In this document: positions 36,401 to 47,862 of the stretch, one piece after another
How positions within the stretch are numbered: the first letter of the stretch is position 1
Layout: every line of letters begins with the position of its first letter
Source of the DNA: Macrostomum lignano
Taxonomy: Eukaryota
DNA length: 64,000 nt
Assembly (NCBI GenBank): GCA_002269645.1
Contig: NIVC01001414.1
Location: 248,001-312,000, forward strand
Direction: 5' to 3'
Position numbers and translations under genes: made by a program
Notes under the pieces: generated by a model
Databases searched by the model: none
Told to the model about the DNA's origin: nothing
The model's input: only the letters and a program-made list of their open reading frames with translations

Positions 36401-38904
36401 CTCGTTCTCGCCTGACTACTTCTGGCTCGTCAGCCTGCGCGGTGTCGTGGGCTTCAACATCGGCGGTGCGGCCTCCTCCTTCACCCTGCTGTCCGAGTAC
36501 CTGCCTCAGCAGCACCGCGCCAAGGTGCTCATCCTGTACAACCTGTTCTGGGGTCTTGGATCCACCTTTGAGATCCTGCTGGCTTACCTGGTGCTGCCCA
36601 CTTTGGGCTGGAGATACCTGGTGGCCTTCTCTTCACTGCCGCTGTTTCTGTTCATGCTGACGCTGGGGGTGAGTAGCCTGAGCTGCATCTGTGTGTGCTC
36701 ACGCTGGGGGTGAGTAGCCTGAGCTGAATCTGTGTGTGCTCACGCTGGGGGTGAGTAGCCTGAGCTGCCTCTGTGTGTGCTCACGCTGGGGGTGAGTAGC
36801 CTGAGCTGAATCTGTGTGTGCTCACGCTGGGGGTGAGTAGCCTGAGCTGCATCTGTGTGTGCTCACTCTGGGGGTGAGTAGCCTGAGCTGCATCTGTGTG
36901 TGCTCACGCTGGGAGTGAGTAGCCTGAGCTGCATCATCTGTCTCTCCTCTTCCTCAGCACCTGCCGGAGTCTGCGAGGTTCCTGCTGGCCTCAGGACGCG
37001 CTGAGGAAGCGGCTGCCGTCATTGACCAGATCGCCAGGGAGAACCGCAGGCCTGCGATGGAGGGCCGGCCTGCTGTGGCCACCGTCAGCGAGGTGAGCGA
37101 CTGACTGACTGACTGACTGACTGACTGACTGACTGACTGACTGACTTGAGTGAGTGGGTGACTGACTGACTGACTGACTGACTGACTGACTGACTGACTG
37201 ACTGACTGACTGACTGACTGACTGACTGACTGACTGACTGACTGACTGACTGACTGACTGACTGACTGACTGACTGACTGACTTACTTGAGTGAGTGGGT
37301 GACTGACTGACTGACTGACTGACTGACTGACTGACTGACTGACTGACTGACTGACTGACTGACTGACTGACACTCCCGCAGTCAGACCGAGGGCAGCTCA
37401 AGGCGCTCTTCCACCCGTTCTACCGCCGCACCAGCTTCATCCTGTTCTCCCTGTGGTTCGGTGTCGCCTTCTCCTACTACGGCATCGTGCTGGTGAGCAC
37501 TGAAATCTTTCGCTTCCACCAGGACTGCTTCAGCACCGCTCAGTCGGTCACGGTGGCCCACAACACCACGGAGTCCGTGGTGGACAACTCCTGCTGCAGA
37601 GGTCTGCAGTCGGACGATTACACAGCCATGCTGATCTCCTCACTCGGAGAGTTCGTCATCATTCCGGTGAACATGCTCACCATCGATGCCCTGGGCAGGC
37701 GGGCCACCCTCGGCATCAACTACCTACTCACTGGCGTGTTCTTCGGCCTCACCTACCTGTGCGTGCCGAAGGCGGCCACCACCGCGTTTCTGTTTCTGAT
37801 CAGGGCCCACTCTGCTGGCATATTCAATACTATTTATATCTACACTACTGAGGTGAGTAGTGCGGTCTGAGCTGAATGCGAAGTTATTAATGACATTTTC
37901 TCATTTGTTTCCGGCTTTTTAGATGGAAAAGGCAAAAGGAGGAAGATGGGATGGTTAGAAAGCAGCGAGAAGGGAGACAGGAGAAAAATGTAGACAGGAT
38001 GAGAGAGAGGTAGATAGGAGAGAGGAGTAGACAGGAGAGAGTGGTAGATAGGAGGGAGTAGTAGATAGAAGGGAGTGGTAGATAGGAGGGAGTGGTAGAT
38101 AGGAGGGAGTGGTAGATAGGAGAGAGTGGTAGATAGAAGAGAGTGGTAGATAGGAGAGAGTGGTAGACAGGAGAGAGAGGTAGACAGGAAAGAGGGGGAG
38201 ACAGGAGAAAGTGGTAGACAGGAGAGAGGGGGAGACAGGAGAGAGAGGTAGACAGGAGAGAGGGGGAGACAGGAGAAAGTGGTAGACAGGAGAGAGGGGG
38301 AGACAGGAGAGAGAGGTAGACAGGAGAGAGGGGTAGACAGGAGAGAGAGGTAGATGGATTTGAGATCAGGACATTGCGAGAGCAGACATTGCGACAAGCT
38401 TGGTGCAGACTTGGAGCACGCCGTTTGGCTTATATCGGCCCACTGCTGCAGCTTACTAAGTTAGAAACTGGAAGGGTCGGTGAGACTGCAGGGCTGTGCA
38501 CCACACCCAGTGATGTCAAAAGCGGCTTTCCAATCCAGGTGTACCCCACGGTGATTCGCAGTCTCGGGCTGGGCATCTGCTCAGCCATGGCTCGCCTGGG
38601 CTCCATGACAACGCCATTCGTTGCCCAGGTGATCATGCCGGATGTGAGCGTGCTTCTGGCCTTCATCATCTACCTGATGGTGGATCTCAGCTGTGCTGGG
38701 CTCTGCGTGCTGCTGCCCATCGAGACCAGCGGCCGCGCCTTGGCGCACAGCCTGGAGCTGCCGAATGTGAAATTCTCAGCCACTGCTGATGGAGCTGCTG
38801 CTGACGGGGCCTCAGCTGCCGACGGGGCCTCAGCTGCTGACGGGGCCTCAGCTGCTGATGGGGCCTCAGCTGCTGATGGGGCCTCAGCTGCTGACGGAAT
38901 TTAA
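33492..38904 (+). CDS. SVOP: SV2-related MFS transporter (SVOP-like), ~564 aa. Exons 33492-33555, 35563-35735, 36183-36668, 36958-37092, 37382-37852, 38539-38904
   Basis: YTVEEAVEKLGFGRFQ, ADAMEM, SDKRGR, LRGVVGF, LLSEYLP, HLPESARFL, WFGVAFSYYG, IDALGRR, YTTEVYPTVIRSLGLG..MARLG, LPIETSGR. All GT-AG junctions are phase-consistent. Exon 1 is the least certain. Confidence 0.9.
33609..33682 (-). tRNA. tRNA-Ile(GAT)-like gene or pseudogene in SVOP intron 1
   Basis: GGCCGAG TA GCTC AGTTGGTTA GAGC G TCGTG CT GAT AA CGCGA AGGTC GAGGG TTTGAGC CCCTC CCCGGCC A. Full cloverleaf, T-loop TTT instead of TTC, one A-C mismatch in the acceptor stem, T6 terminator 5 nt downstream. Confidence 0.8.
33895..34220. 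repeat. 29-bp tandem repeat (ctgccaaatgtttcagggcatttctgctt)n
   Basis: About 11 copies. Confidence 0.93.
34420..35095. repeat. ~20-bp tandem repeat (tcaccctccctgatcccaat)n
   Basis: Tandem, degenerate. Confidence 0.9.
35760..36095. repeat. 24-bp tandem repeat (ctgctctctgatcccatttgagca)n in SVOP intron 2
   Basis: About 14 copies. Confidence 0.93.
36669..36935 (+). repeat. 41-bp tandem repeat containing the SVOP exon 3 donor site
   Basis: GTGAGT at 36669, 36710, 36751, 36792, 36833, 36874 and 36915. Confidence 0.9.
37098..37372. repeat. (ACTG)n microsatellite filling SVOP intron 4
   Basis: Reverse complement of the 32995-33398 array, including its interruptions. Confidence 0.95.
37980..38350. 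repeat. Purine-rich minisatellite in SVOP intron 5
   Basis: ggtagacaggagagag units related to 428-810. Confidence 0.85.
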
Positions 38905-38959
38905 AAACGGACTGACAACGAAGGGGGCTTTGGGGAGAGCAAGACTGAGTGACCTCAGC

Positions 38960-39006
38960 GTGTCTGTCTGTCTGTCTGGCTGTCTGTCTGTCTGTCTGTC
39001 TGTCTT

Positions 39007-39042
<36 letters not shown>

Positions 39043-39044
39043 CC

Positions 39045-39098
<54 letters not shown>

Positions 39099-39152
39099 CC
39101 TGTCTGTCTGTCTGTCTGTCTGTCTGCCTGTCTGTCCGTCGGTCTGTCTGTG

Positions 39153-39187
<35 letters not shown>
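38960..39187. repeat. (TCTG)n microsatellite downstream of the SVOP stop
   Basis: Directly visible. Confidence 0.95.
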
Positions 39188-39188
<1 letters not shown>

Positions 39189-39659
39189 CAATTATTAAAA
39201 TCTCAATCTGCACAGCTGTGAGCCCTGCTGCAATTCCCCTGCAGCAATTTTTTTAGCAGTTTTTATTGAGGCTGTGAGCTCCACAGGTTTCCTGCATTCT
39301 CAGTTTTCACTAGCAAAATCCAAATTCTTGGCTTCGTGTTGTCCTTGTGCTTTACCCATCTGCATCGCTTGTGAAATTCCACATTCCTAAGTCAAATGAA
39401 ATTTTATATCAACTTCTGTGTGTTTTTACACTGTTTGACCAATGAAGGTTTTTTCTGAGATCACTTTAATTTCAGTGTTGTTTTATGCCTATCCAGTTTA
39501 TTAATGAATTTTCACTAAACTTCTGCACTACTGCTAGCTGTCAGTAGTAGTGGCGGACACCCTCTGGTTAATAAACCAGATAACACCACAAGATAATTTG
39601 CGAATCTTGTCAGATTCACTACCGATTTCCTTGTTTGAGGTGCGAAACTGGTGAAAACA

Positions 39660-40260
39660 CCAGATTCGTCACCAGGTAATTTTTTGTTTTCTTGTTTGAC
39701 TGTTATCTGGTGAGTTATCTGAATTTCACCAGATAACATGGCCCGAATCTTGCTTAGAAATCAGATTACATGACAAGATTTGCCACCAGATAATTTTTGT
39801 TTTCTTGTTTGATTGAATCTTGTTTGAATCGAAATTTCACAGGATAACATGGTGCGAATCTTGTTTGAAAATCAGATAACAGTACAAGATTCGCCACCAG
39901 GTAATTTTTTGTTTTCTTGGTTGATTGAATCTTGTTTGAATCGAAATTTCACAGGATAACATGGTGCGAATCTTGTTTGAAAATCAGATAACAGTACAAG
40001 ATTCGCCACCAGGTAATTTTTTGTTTTCTTGGTTGATTGAATCTTGTTTGAATCGGAATTTCACAGGATAACATGGTGCGAATCTTGTTTGAAAGACAGA
40101 TAACAGTACAAGATTTAAATCAGGATAACTGTGCGTTATCTAGTCTGTAAGAAACCTGTGTGAATCTGAAATTTACCGGATAACAGGATGCGAATCTGGT
40201 TTGCAAACCAGATAATGGAAAAAGATTTCAATCAAGATGCCTTTGTGTTATCCGGTCTGT
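39660..40260. repeat. 112-bp tandem repeat
   Basis: gaatcttgtttgaatc marker at 39815, 39927 and 40039. Confidence 0.85.
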
Positions 40261-41084
40261 AAGAACCCGTTGTACTTTTCACCCATAATTTTTTTCAGAA
40301 TTTCGTGATCCAGGCCTGATTTATTAATTGATTTCCAAGTGAAGGCCCGGATCAGCATTTTTAGCCCGGAATAGCCCTTTTTTCCGGAAATGTGATCCTG
40401 CAAAAGTTCGGGAAGAAGGAAAGCTGTTCCGGCTGCATTTTCCAAAATTTTTCACCTTGAACACTGCTAAATTTTAATTGTAGACCCAAATTTCAGGTTT
40501 TCCAAATGAAAATTTTCTGGATGAGATTTCAGGAGTTCAGTCGGAATTCTTCAGTGATCTAGACCAAGTGATTCGGCAAATCCACAGGGATCAGCTCCCA
40601 TTGACTCGAATCTCTATGAAGTTATCGATAAGACTAGACTGGACTTCGCGTCTGTTGAGGCTCAAGGCAGCTCATATGCTGACCTGCGATGGATAATCAA
40701 TCCTCGCTTCTGTTGGGACTCAAGGCAGCTGCTAAGCTTACCTGCGAGGGGTAAAGTGCCATCATGACAATTTTGTCTTGGCAGATTTCTACATGCACTC
40801 GTTGAGTCACCCAGTAATCAGTGACTGAAGCTGCGGTGTCCAAGAGTATCCGCATGTAAACGGTTAAATACACATTAAAGAGCTGCTTGCTGTTCCTAGT
40901 AGGCACAGAAATGCCGCTCTTATCTCAAAAAATCTGTTGCTTTTTAAGTCTGGCTTATTCTTTGATGGAAGAAAGAGCAGATGAGCAGGGGGACTGGAAG
41001 GGCAGAGGGAAATATGGTCTACATCGAAGAATCGTCTTGCAAACCATAAATGATTTGTGGGGGAATCGCTGAAACGCTGACTCG

Positions 41085-41420
41085 TAGCTCATGGGGTTGC
41101 CCAGATGCTTGGAGCTCATGGGGTTGCCCAGATGCTTGGAGCTCATGGGGTTGCCCAGATGCTTGGAGCTCATGGGGTTGCCCAGATGCTTGGAGCTCAT
41201 GGGGTTGCCCAGATGCTTGGAGCTCATGGGGTTGCCCAGATGCTTGGAGCTCATGGGGTTGCTCAGATGCTTAGAGCTCATGGGGTTGCTCAGATGCTTA
41301 GAGCTCATGGGGTTGCTCAGATGCTTGGAGCTCACGGGGGTTGCTCAGATGCTTGGAGCTCATGGGGGTTGCTCAGATGCTTGGAGCTCATGGGGGTTGC
41401 TCAGATGCTTGGAGCTCACA
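41085..41420. repeat. 27-bp tandem repeat (ggagctcatggggttgcccagatgctt)n
   Basis: About 12 copies. Confidence 0.93.
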
Positions 41421-41499
41421 GGGGACCTGATATCTTAGGCTGCAGCTTGCTTTCAGGCGTGATGCTTTTGTGCCTTAAACATAATTGTCCTGAATTGAG

Positions 41500-41615
41500 T
41501 ATTTTAGTCTTAAGAACTGAAAGGTCCTGGGGTTCGATCCTCGACCGATTCGAAACAAAATTGTGTCCTTGAGCAAGACACTTAACTCTGCATTGCTTCA
41601 GTTCACCCTGCTTTA
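41500..41615 (+). mobile_element. tRNA-derived SINE remnant with a CORE/Meta-like domain
   Basis: B-box GGTTCGATCC (41531-41540) followed by tgtgtccttgagcaagacacttaac, resembling the conserved central domain of CORE/Meta SINEs. Confidence 0.6.
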
Positions 41616-42904
41616 TTCTATTCGTATCTTTTTTATTGATTATCCCTCGGTTTAAACTGACCAGAAAGTTAAATTGTAAAGTAAAATTGGGACATTATTT
41701 AAATAGCTTAACTTACGATTGCACTAGCCGAAAACCCTTACATAAAAACTCCTACTTAGCGAGTGGTTCGGAGGTTCATGCAATAAATTGAGTCTTCGCA
41801 GTAAAAGACCTTATTTTTCGGCTACTAGCCAAACGAAATAAAAAACCAAGAAGAGCACTCTCCCTGGAGAGACTAATAATTATATATTTTAACCAAAATC
41901 AGTTTTTCTAAAATGGGGTGGGTGCTGCTGAACATATTAGAAATGGGGGCTGGGGCTGAAACGTACGTAATTAAAGACATTATGAAAAGTACGCGTAGGT
42001 AAATCGATAAAAGTACATGTAAATGAAGCCCTCTTCTAAACATTCCCCCCTTCCAAAACAAAAATCGAGTAACCGAAAATTAAATAATTTCATTTCGCTA
42101 ATCCCTCCACCAGCAAGTAAAAAAAAACAAAAAACGCGCAAACAACAATGCATTACGCAGCAGGATCATTGTGCAAAAGAACAAAGACTGCTGGTTAGCA
42201 AATACAATAATTAATGTCAAAGAGACGCGTGCCTGCAATTAACTGGAAACTACGAGTAGCAAAAGCTCCCTCTCCTCGAAGTTACATAAACAAAAAAGAC
42301 GAAAAATTAATCAGAAGAAAACGACGCAATGCAGAAAACGGAAAGGATTCATTTGAAAACGAAAAAATCCTTCACCAGCAAATATAAACAAAACGATTCA
42401 GAAAAATACCTCTAAAGATCTCATGAGCCTGCAACAGGACCTAACCCAGCACCAACACCCAGACACACACGACACACGCCACTACACCTAGCTCTCACAA
42501 CCAAGTGCGGAAAGTAATTCAGTTACAGTTCAGTCTTTGTCTCATCCTCAGCTTTTAGTCACTTGTACATCAGCCGGTCGGGCGGTGCCCGGGTGCGTCC
42601 AACCCGGTAGAGCTCGAGTTTCGCCGCGGGCTTCACCTTCGGCACTGGCTTTGTGTCACACATTGGATCGGCTGGACGTCCTCGCGGGTGATCAGCGTGT
42701 CGCCGGATAACTTGGCTCGCCTTCGGGTGACGACTGCGGGATACCGACTGGCCGGTACTTTTTCATTATTTGTCGCGGACGCGGCTCTCCTACAACATAA
42801 ATTTACGATACGTTTTTCTGATGAAGTCTTTCTGTGCATCTGTCTTAGTGTCTTGTTGTCTTTCTGTTTGACTGCCTGTTCTTTTAGCATCTGCCTGCTG
42901 TAGG

Positions 42905-43035
42905 CATGTATGTATGTATGTATGTATGTATTTATGTATGTATGTATGTATGTATTTATGTATGTATGTATGTATGTATGTATGTATGTATGTATGTATG
43001 TATGTATTTATGTATGTATGTATGTATGTATGTAA
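42905..43035. repeat. (TATG)n microsatellite
   Basis: Directly visible. Confidence 0.95.
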
Positions 43036-43616
43036 CTTTTCTTTTGATTCCTGGTCGGTGTCGAGCTTAAGCACTTTGATCACTTTGTAAGCACTTTAAG
43101 CAACTCTCAATTCGATCTCGGTATCGGCACCCAATCCATGTTCGTGCTGAGTGCCGTACCTCATTAACGGCTTGCCAGTCCTGACCGCAAACTTGCTGTT
43201 GCCATCGCGCGCGGCCACCTCTGAAGTCGCATCCGGTGTCTTTTTACGTTTTCTGTCGAAAGAAAATTGATCCGGGTTCTTTGAGGTTGAAATTAATTTA
43301 GTGCTTATTCTTAAGCTATATTCCATGCTAGCTGGTATTTTGATGCGAAGTAATAGATAAATGGCCTGTCAATAATTTAAATTATTTATGGACGTGAAGG
43401 GTCTTAAAATCTCGTGCCCAGAGCATCAAGCTCTGTTTTAGTGAATTCCACCGGAATATCAATTTAGTCTATTTTCTTAAGTCATTACTCAAGAAATTAG
43501 GTAAGTTGAATATATACATGTGACATTTAGAGTCAGGGGTGTATTTATTTTAATCTCGAGGGCCGAAAACCCGAGATTTTTTTGAAAAATACACGTTGCA
43601 ACTCTATGCTACGAGC

Positions 43617-43898
43617 TATTACTGGAAAGCCGCTAGACCTGAGCCAGGCTCAGAACAGAATATTACTGGAAAGCCGCTAGACCTGAGCCAGGCTCAGAAC
43701 AGAATATTACTGGAAAGCCGCTAGACCTGAGCCAGGCTCAGAACAGAATATTACTGGAAAGCCGCTAGACCTGAGCCAGGCTCAGAACAGAATATTACTG
43801 GAAAGCCGCTAGACCTGAGCCAGGCTCAGAACAGAATATTACTGGAAAGCCGCTAGACCTGAGCCAGGCTCAGAACAGAATATTACTGGAAAGCCGCT
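43617..43898. repeat. 44-bp tandem repeat with an internal palindrome; single inverted copy at about 44449-44493
   Basis: tattactggaaagccgctagacCTGAGCCaGGCTCAGaacagaa repeated about 6.5 times. Confidence 0.92.
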
Positions 43899-44896
43899 GA
43901 ATCATTTGGTTTTATGAAAAAACTGCGTAATCATTCACGTATATGGTGTAATCAGAGTCGATGACACACCCATTAAATTACAAATGGCGTCAGACAGGGT
44001 GACCCTTTTCACCATTATTACTTTTTCTTTAGTTATTGATTCCATGAACGAAACGTTAAAAAATCATTCCACCGCAAGACTCAACGAATGAGGAGGTAAA
44101 AAATCTTCTGTACTACAACGACCTGCTTATATTCAGTGGAGGACCTAGCGGAGCTACAGAAGAGCTCGACAATTCATCTGAATTCTGTCAGAATCACAAT
44201 ATGGAGATTCAGAACACTCAGAAACCCAAACTGCTCAGTTGCGATGCAAACCCCAACAAATGAAGCAACTGCTCCTACAGGGCAACTTGTACTCGGAGTA
44301 TCCTTTCAGTAATGGAAATGCCATGTCCATATCCTGATTAGTATAAATGCAAGTATTTACACCCGGGAAATCGTTCTCTGGAACTCTTTTGAATATAAAT
44401 ATGCGGGTAGTACTATCGCAGCCGTGGGAATTTAAGAGGGATGCTCGTATTCTGTTCTGAGCCTGGCTCGGGTCTAGCGGCTTTCCAGTAATATTTCATT
44501 TTGAATCAGACTTAGGTCTAGCGGACCTCTCAGCTACATGTGAGATTACATGTAAGGCCGTTTCCAAAGATCGCTTGTGAAAAGCAGGTGCTCAGACAGA
44601 AAGTGGAAAACTGGAGGAATCACATGTAAATGAAGTGATGTAGTCAGTCAATAAACGAAATTCTGAAAGTGTACTACAGTCTCCCATTGTCAGCCGGCAT
44701 TTTTCTTCTTTCGAGCGTTTTAGTTGCTGTTGCTGTCATCTTTAGTTCAGCGTGGAAAAAAGACTTGTGGAAGTTGGAACAAAATCCTATGCACAACTCC
44801 CAGCGAATAGATTATTAGTATTAATATTGGTATATAAACCATTAATTAAAATATGGTGTATAATTGATATATAGGATACTTGCATATTTATCATAC

Positions 44897-47466
44897 CTCA
44901 CGTTTCGTGTCTTCTCACTTTCCAGCACTGCGACCACCTCTGTGTGTCCTTTGCTCTTTGCCATATTTAACGGAGTGGCATCCGAAAAGTTCCTCTTATA
45001 GCGGGATGCATATTTTCTCAGTAACAGCTTAACGACTTCCGTGTTGCCAGCAGCAGCAGCCAAGTGTAGAGGCGTATTTCCCTCCAGATCCGCGGCGTTG
45101 ACGTCCGCACCCAGCTGGAGCAGCAGCTCTGCACACTTGAAGTGACTTTTGCTAGACGGTCGCAAGCCTCTACTGGAAGCCACCTGGAGAGGAGTTCTTC
45201 CCTCCCAGTCTCTCCAGTTGCAGTTCTCTTTGTTGACAGCTTTTGTAAATTCCTTCTGTCTAGCTTGGCTGATGAGGCAGTTCAGCTTCTCGGCTTCCTG
45301 AAAATTTTATGGCAAATTTTTAGGTGACCATCTGTGGTTTTATTCGCTTTCTCGGCAACAGAAATGTTTTCTTACCAGTGTTGGGCACCGTTAATGAAAA
45401 TCTTAACTTCCGTTAATAGCAAAAGCGTTAGCGTTAAAACAAAAAAATCTTAACTTTTTAACTCCTAATTTTGTTAAGTTAACTGAAAATTAACTGATAA
45501 TCGTTAATAAGCGTTAATCCGTTAAAGTTAACACAGAAAATACGGAAATCTTGCACGTTTTTTTCCAAAACAGACTTCGTAATGCACGTCTTTGCTATTC
45601 CATCTTTTAAGCGAAACACAGAGGTCATCTAAGCGATTTGAAAGCTAAAAAAGTAATAAATAATCATTTTAAAAACTTGCATGCATAATACTACTAAAAG
45701 TAAAGCATATGGTAAAAAAGTAACTTATTTTATTTGAAACTTAAAAGCTAATAACGAGAAGTTCATAATTAAATACGCATAGGAAAGTTGTTTCAGTACC
45801 ATTAGCAGGCGCAGCAGAAAGTTGCAAAAGATTGGGACAGAAGTGAATCAAAGCGATCGATGCTCACGCGCAAGAAATAAAGTTTCACACTATTTTAATT
45901 CATTATTTTAAAGTTTATTTGTAAGAAGTTGTTAATTACATGTACGTCTGTATGATCATCGTCATAAATAAAGAGATTATATTTAGGCATATAGGTAAGC
46001 TCAAATACGTTCGTAATGTTTAAACTTCTTGTAAGACTTCTATTTTTTGTTCCTTCTTTGCGTCTTTGGTCATTGACATAGACACTACCGTTAACGATGA
46101 ATTTATCGTTAATTCACAAAATTTTTAACGCAAATTCGTTAATCCGTTAGTTCAAAAAAATCTTAATGACAGTTCGTTAACGTTAATGAAAAATCTTAAC
46201 GCTTGTTAACGCTTATTAACGGATTAACGCTTATTAACGGACTGGTGCCCAACACTGTTTCTTACCGTAATGGAGTGCTCGTTTAACTCAAATTTCTCTC
46301 TAAAATTGTTTGTTTAAACGGTAATTTTCATTTTAAAAGAATGAATGTCTGAATATCCACGGTGATACAAAACTAATAAAATAACTGAAAAGATATTTAA
46401 TTACAATTCCTGAAATGTCAAGTATAGTTGTCAGTTATCACCCAGTAGTACTTTTATTTTATTGACAGTACTAGGTGTGAAATGTTTAAAATACTCGCAG
46501 AAGGGCTGCTGGCGAAAGTGACATGCATCGTTTCAGCAACCCCTGCTGAAGCAGTTCTGCCTATTGCGCTGACTCCTGAGCGCATACGGTACAAGTGCGC
46601 CAATACTGTACGCAGGCACGCACTCATGCACACGATCACACAGGAGGCACAGCGTCCTGACTTTCTAATCGTCATACAGGTACACTCTGTGTGCCTTAGG
46701 GGTCGGCCCTGATGGCTGTGAATCACACAAAAAAACCCAGCCAATGATCCGTGCCCGAGCTCCCAATGAATGGGGCGGCGCACAGAATCAAAACTCTGAG
46801 CTGCTCTGCCGTTGTTTGGCTCCCAGACCTTAAGCCTGACCAGTTCAGGTATTTCTACTCACTGCAGAAGATGCAAGCAGATGTCATCGTAGCCCTGCTT
46901 CCACGCAGACCAGTAGATGCTGGCGTATTTCACAGCGCCGCTGTCATGCAGAGTATCCGGCTCATGCTTCAGAACAATCTTCACCAGCTCCAGGTTTCCA
47001 GCAGAAACAGCCATGGTCAGGGCAGACTGACCGGCCTTGTCAGTGAGCTGAGAGTTGGCCCCGTTGTCCAACAACATCTCTGCTACCGGAGCATTCTCCT
47101 CTTCTACTGCCAGCAGCAACGGCGTCATGCAGCTTCCATCTGCGCTGTTGATGTCTGCCCTGTGGTTTGCCAGCAAAGTGTTTAGCAGAGGAATGTTGTG
47201 TGAGAGGACGGCGCAGTGCCAGACGGAGTGCTTCCGGCTGTCCGCAGCTTGCGGATCAGCTCCTCTGCTGATGAGGATTTCGAAACACTCGCATGAGCCT
47301 CGGAGCCTTGAGAGAAGTCCGTGACTGAGGCTGCTGCGGCACAGAGAAGGGCCGTGCGATGAGGAAACGATTCGTATGGGTGCAGCACTAACGGATCGGC
47401 ATCAAGGATTTGAGCGAGCTTTGGCGCATCTCCGGTGGCTGCGAGATGATGCAGAGCTCCGGGAGT
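44897..47466 (-). pseudogene. Partial paralog of the ankyrin exons (44897-45297, 46499-46715, 46863-47466), with a frameshift in the first exon
   Basis: Close match to 20761-22445 with the same splice sites. 1-bp deletion near 47291 and a 3-bp deletion near 47381. No kinase exons found downstream. Confidence 0.75.
45376..46257. mobile_element. 882-bp hAT-type MITE
   Basis: 14-bp TIR CAGTGTTGGGCACC/GGTGCCCAACACTG and 8-bp TSD TTTCTTAC. The paralog near 21240 has the empty site. Confidence 0.93.
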
Positions 47467-47862
47467 CTGTAAAGATTATTGTGAAGCATATTTACGAGTA
47501 TATCTAATATTATTGGCTCTATATCGGCTCTATAATATTAATATTATGGAATATATCGACAATCCTCCAACTTCATAATTTTGTATGCTTACTTACTTAA
47601 TCTTCACTTGTATCAATAAGTCACTTTGAGAACACTATTACAAGAAAAACTTATAACAAAAATGTTTCCCGTCGTCTATCCGGGTTTCTATTGTAAACAG
47701 CCTTAGTCCAGTGGTACCAGACAAGACTATTTGAAATAATTTTGCCCTATAGGCTATGAGCCTACCAAACCAAATTAACATTAGATTATCTTTAGTATAT
47801 TGGACTTAGTAACTCAACTGCCACCAAGACTGTGCCCCTAGGCCTAGTAACTTTAAATATAA

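Noticed and set aside
41725-41830. Short inverted repeat tagccgaaaa/ttttcggcta as a MITE
   Set aside because: Only ~10 bp, with no TSD or second copy seen.
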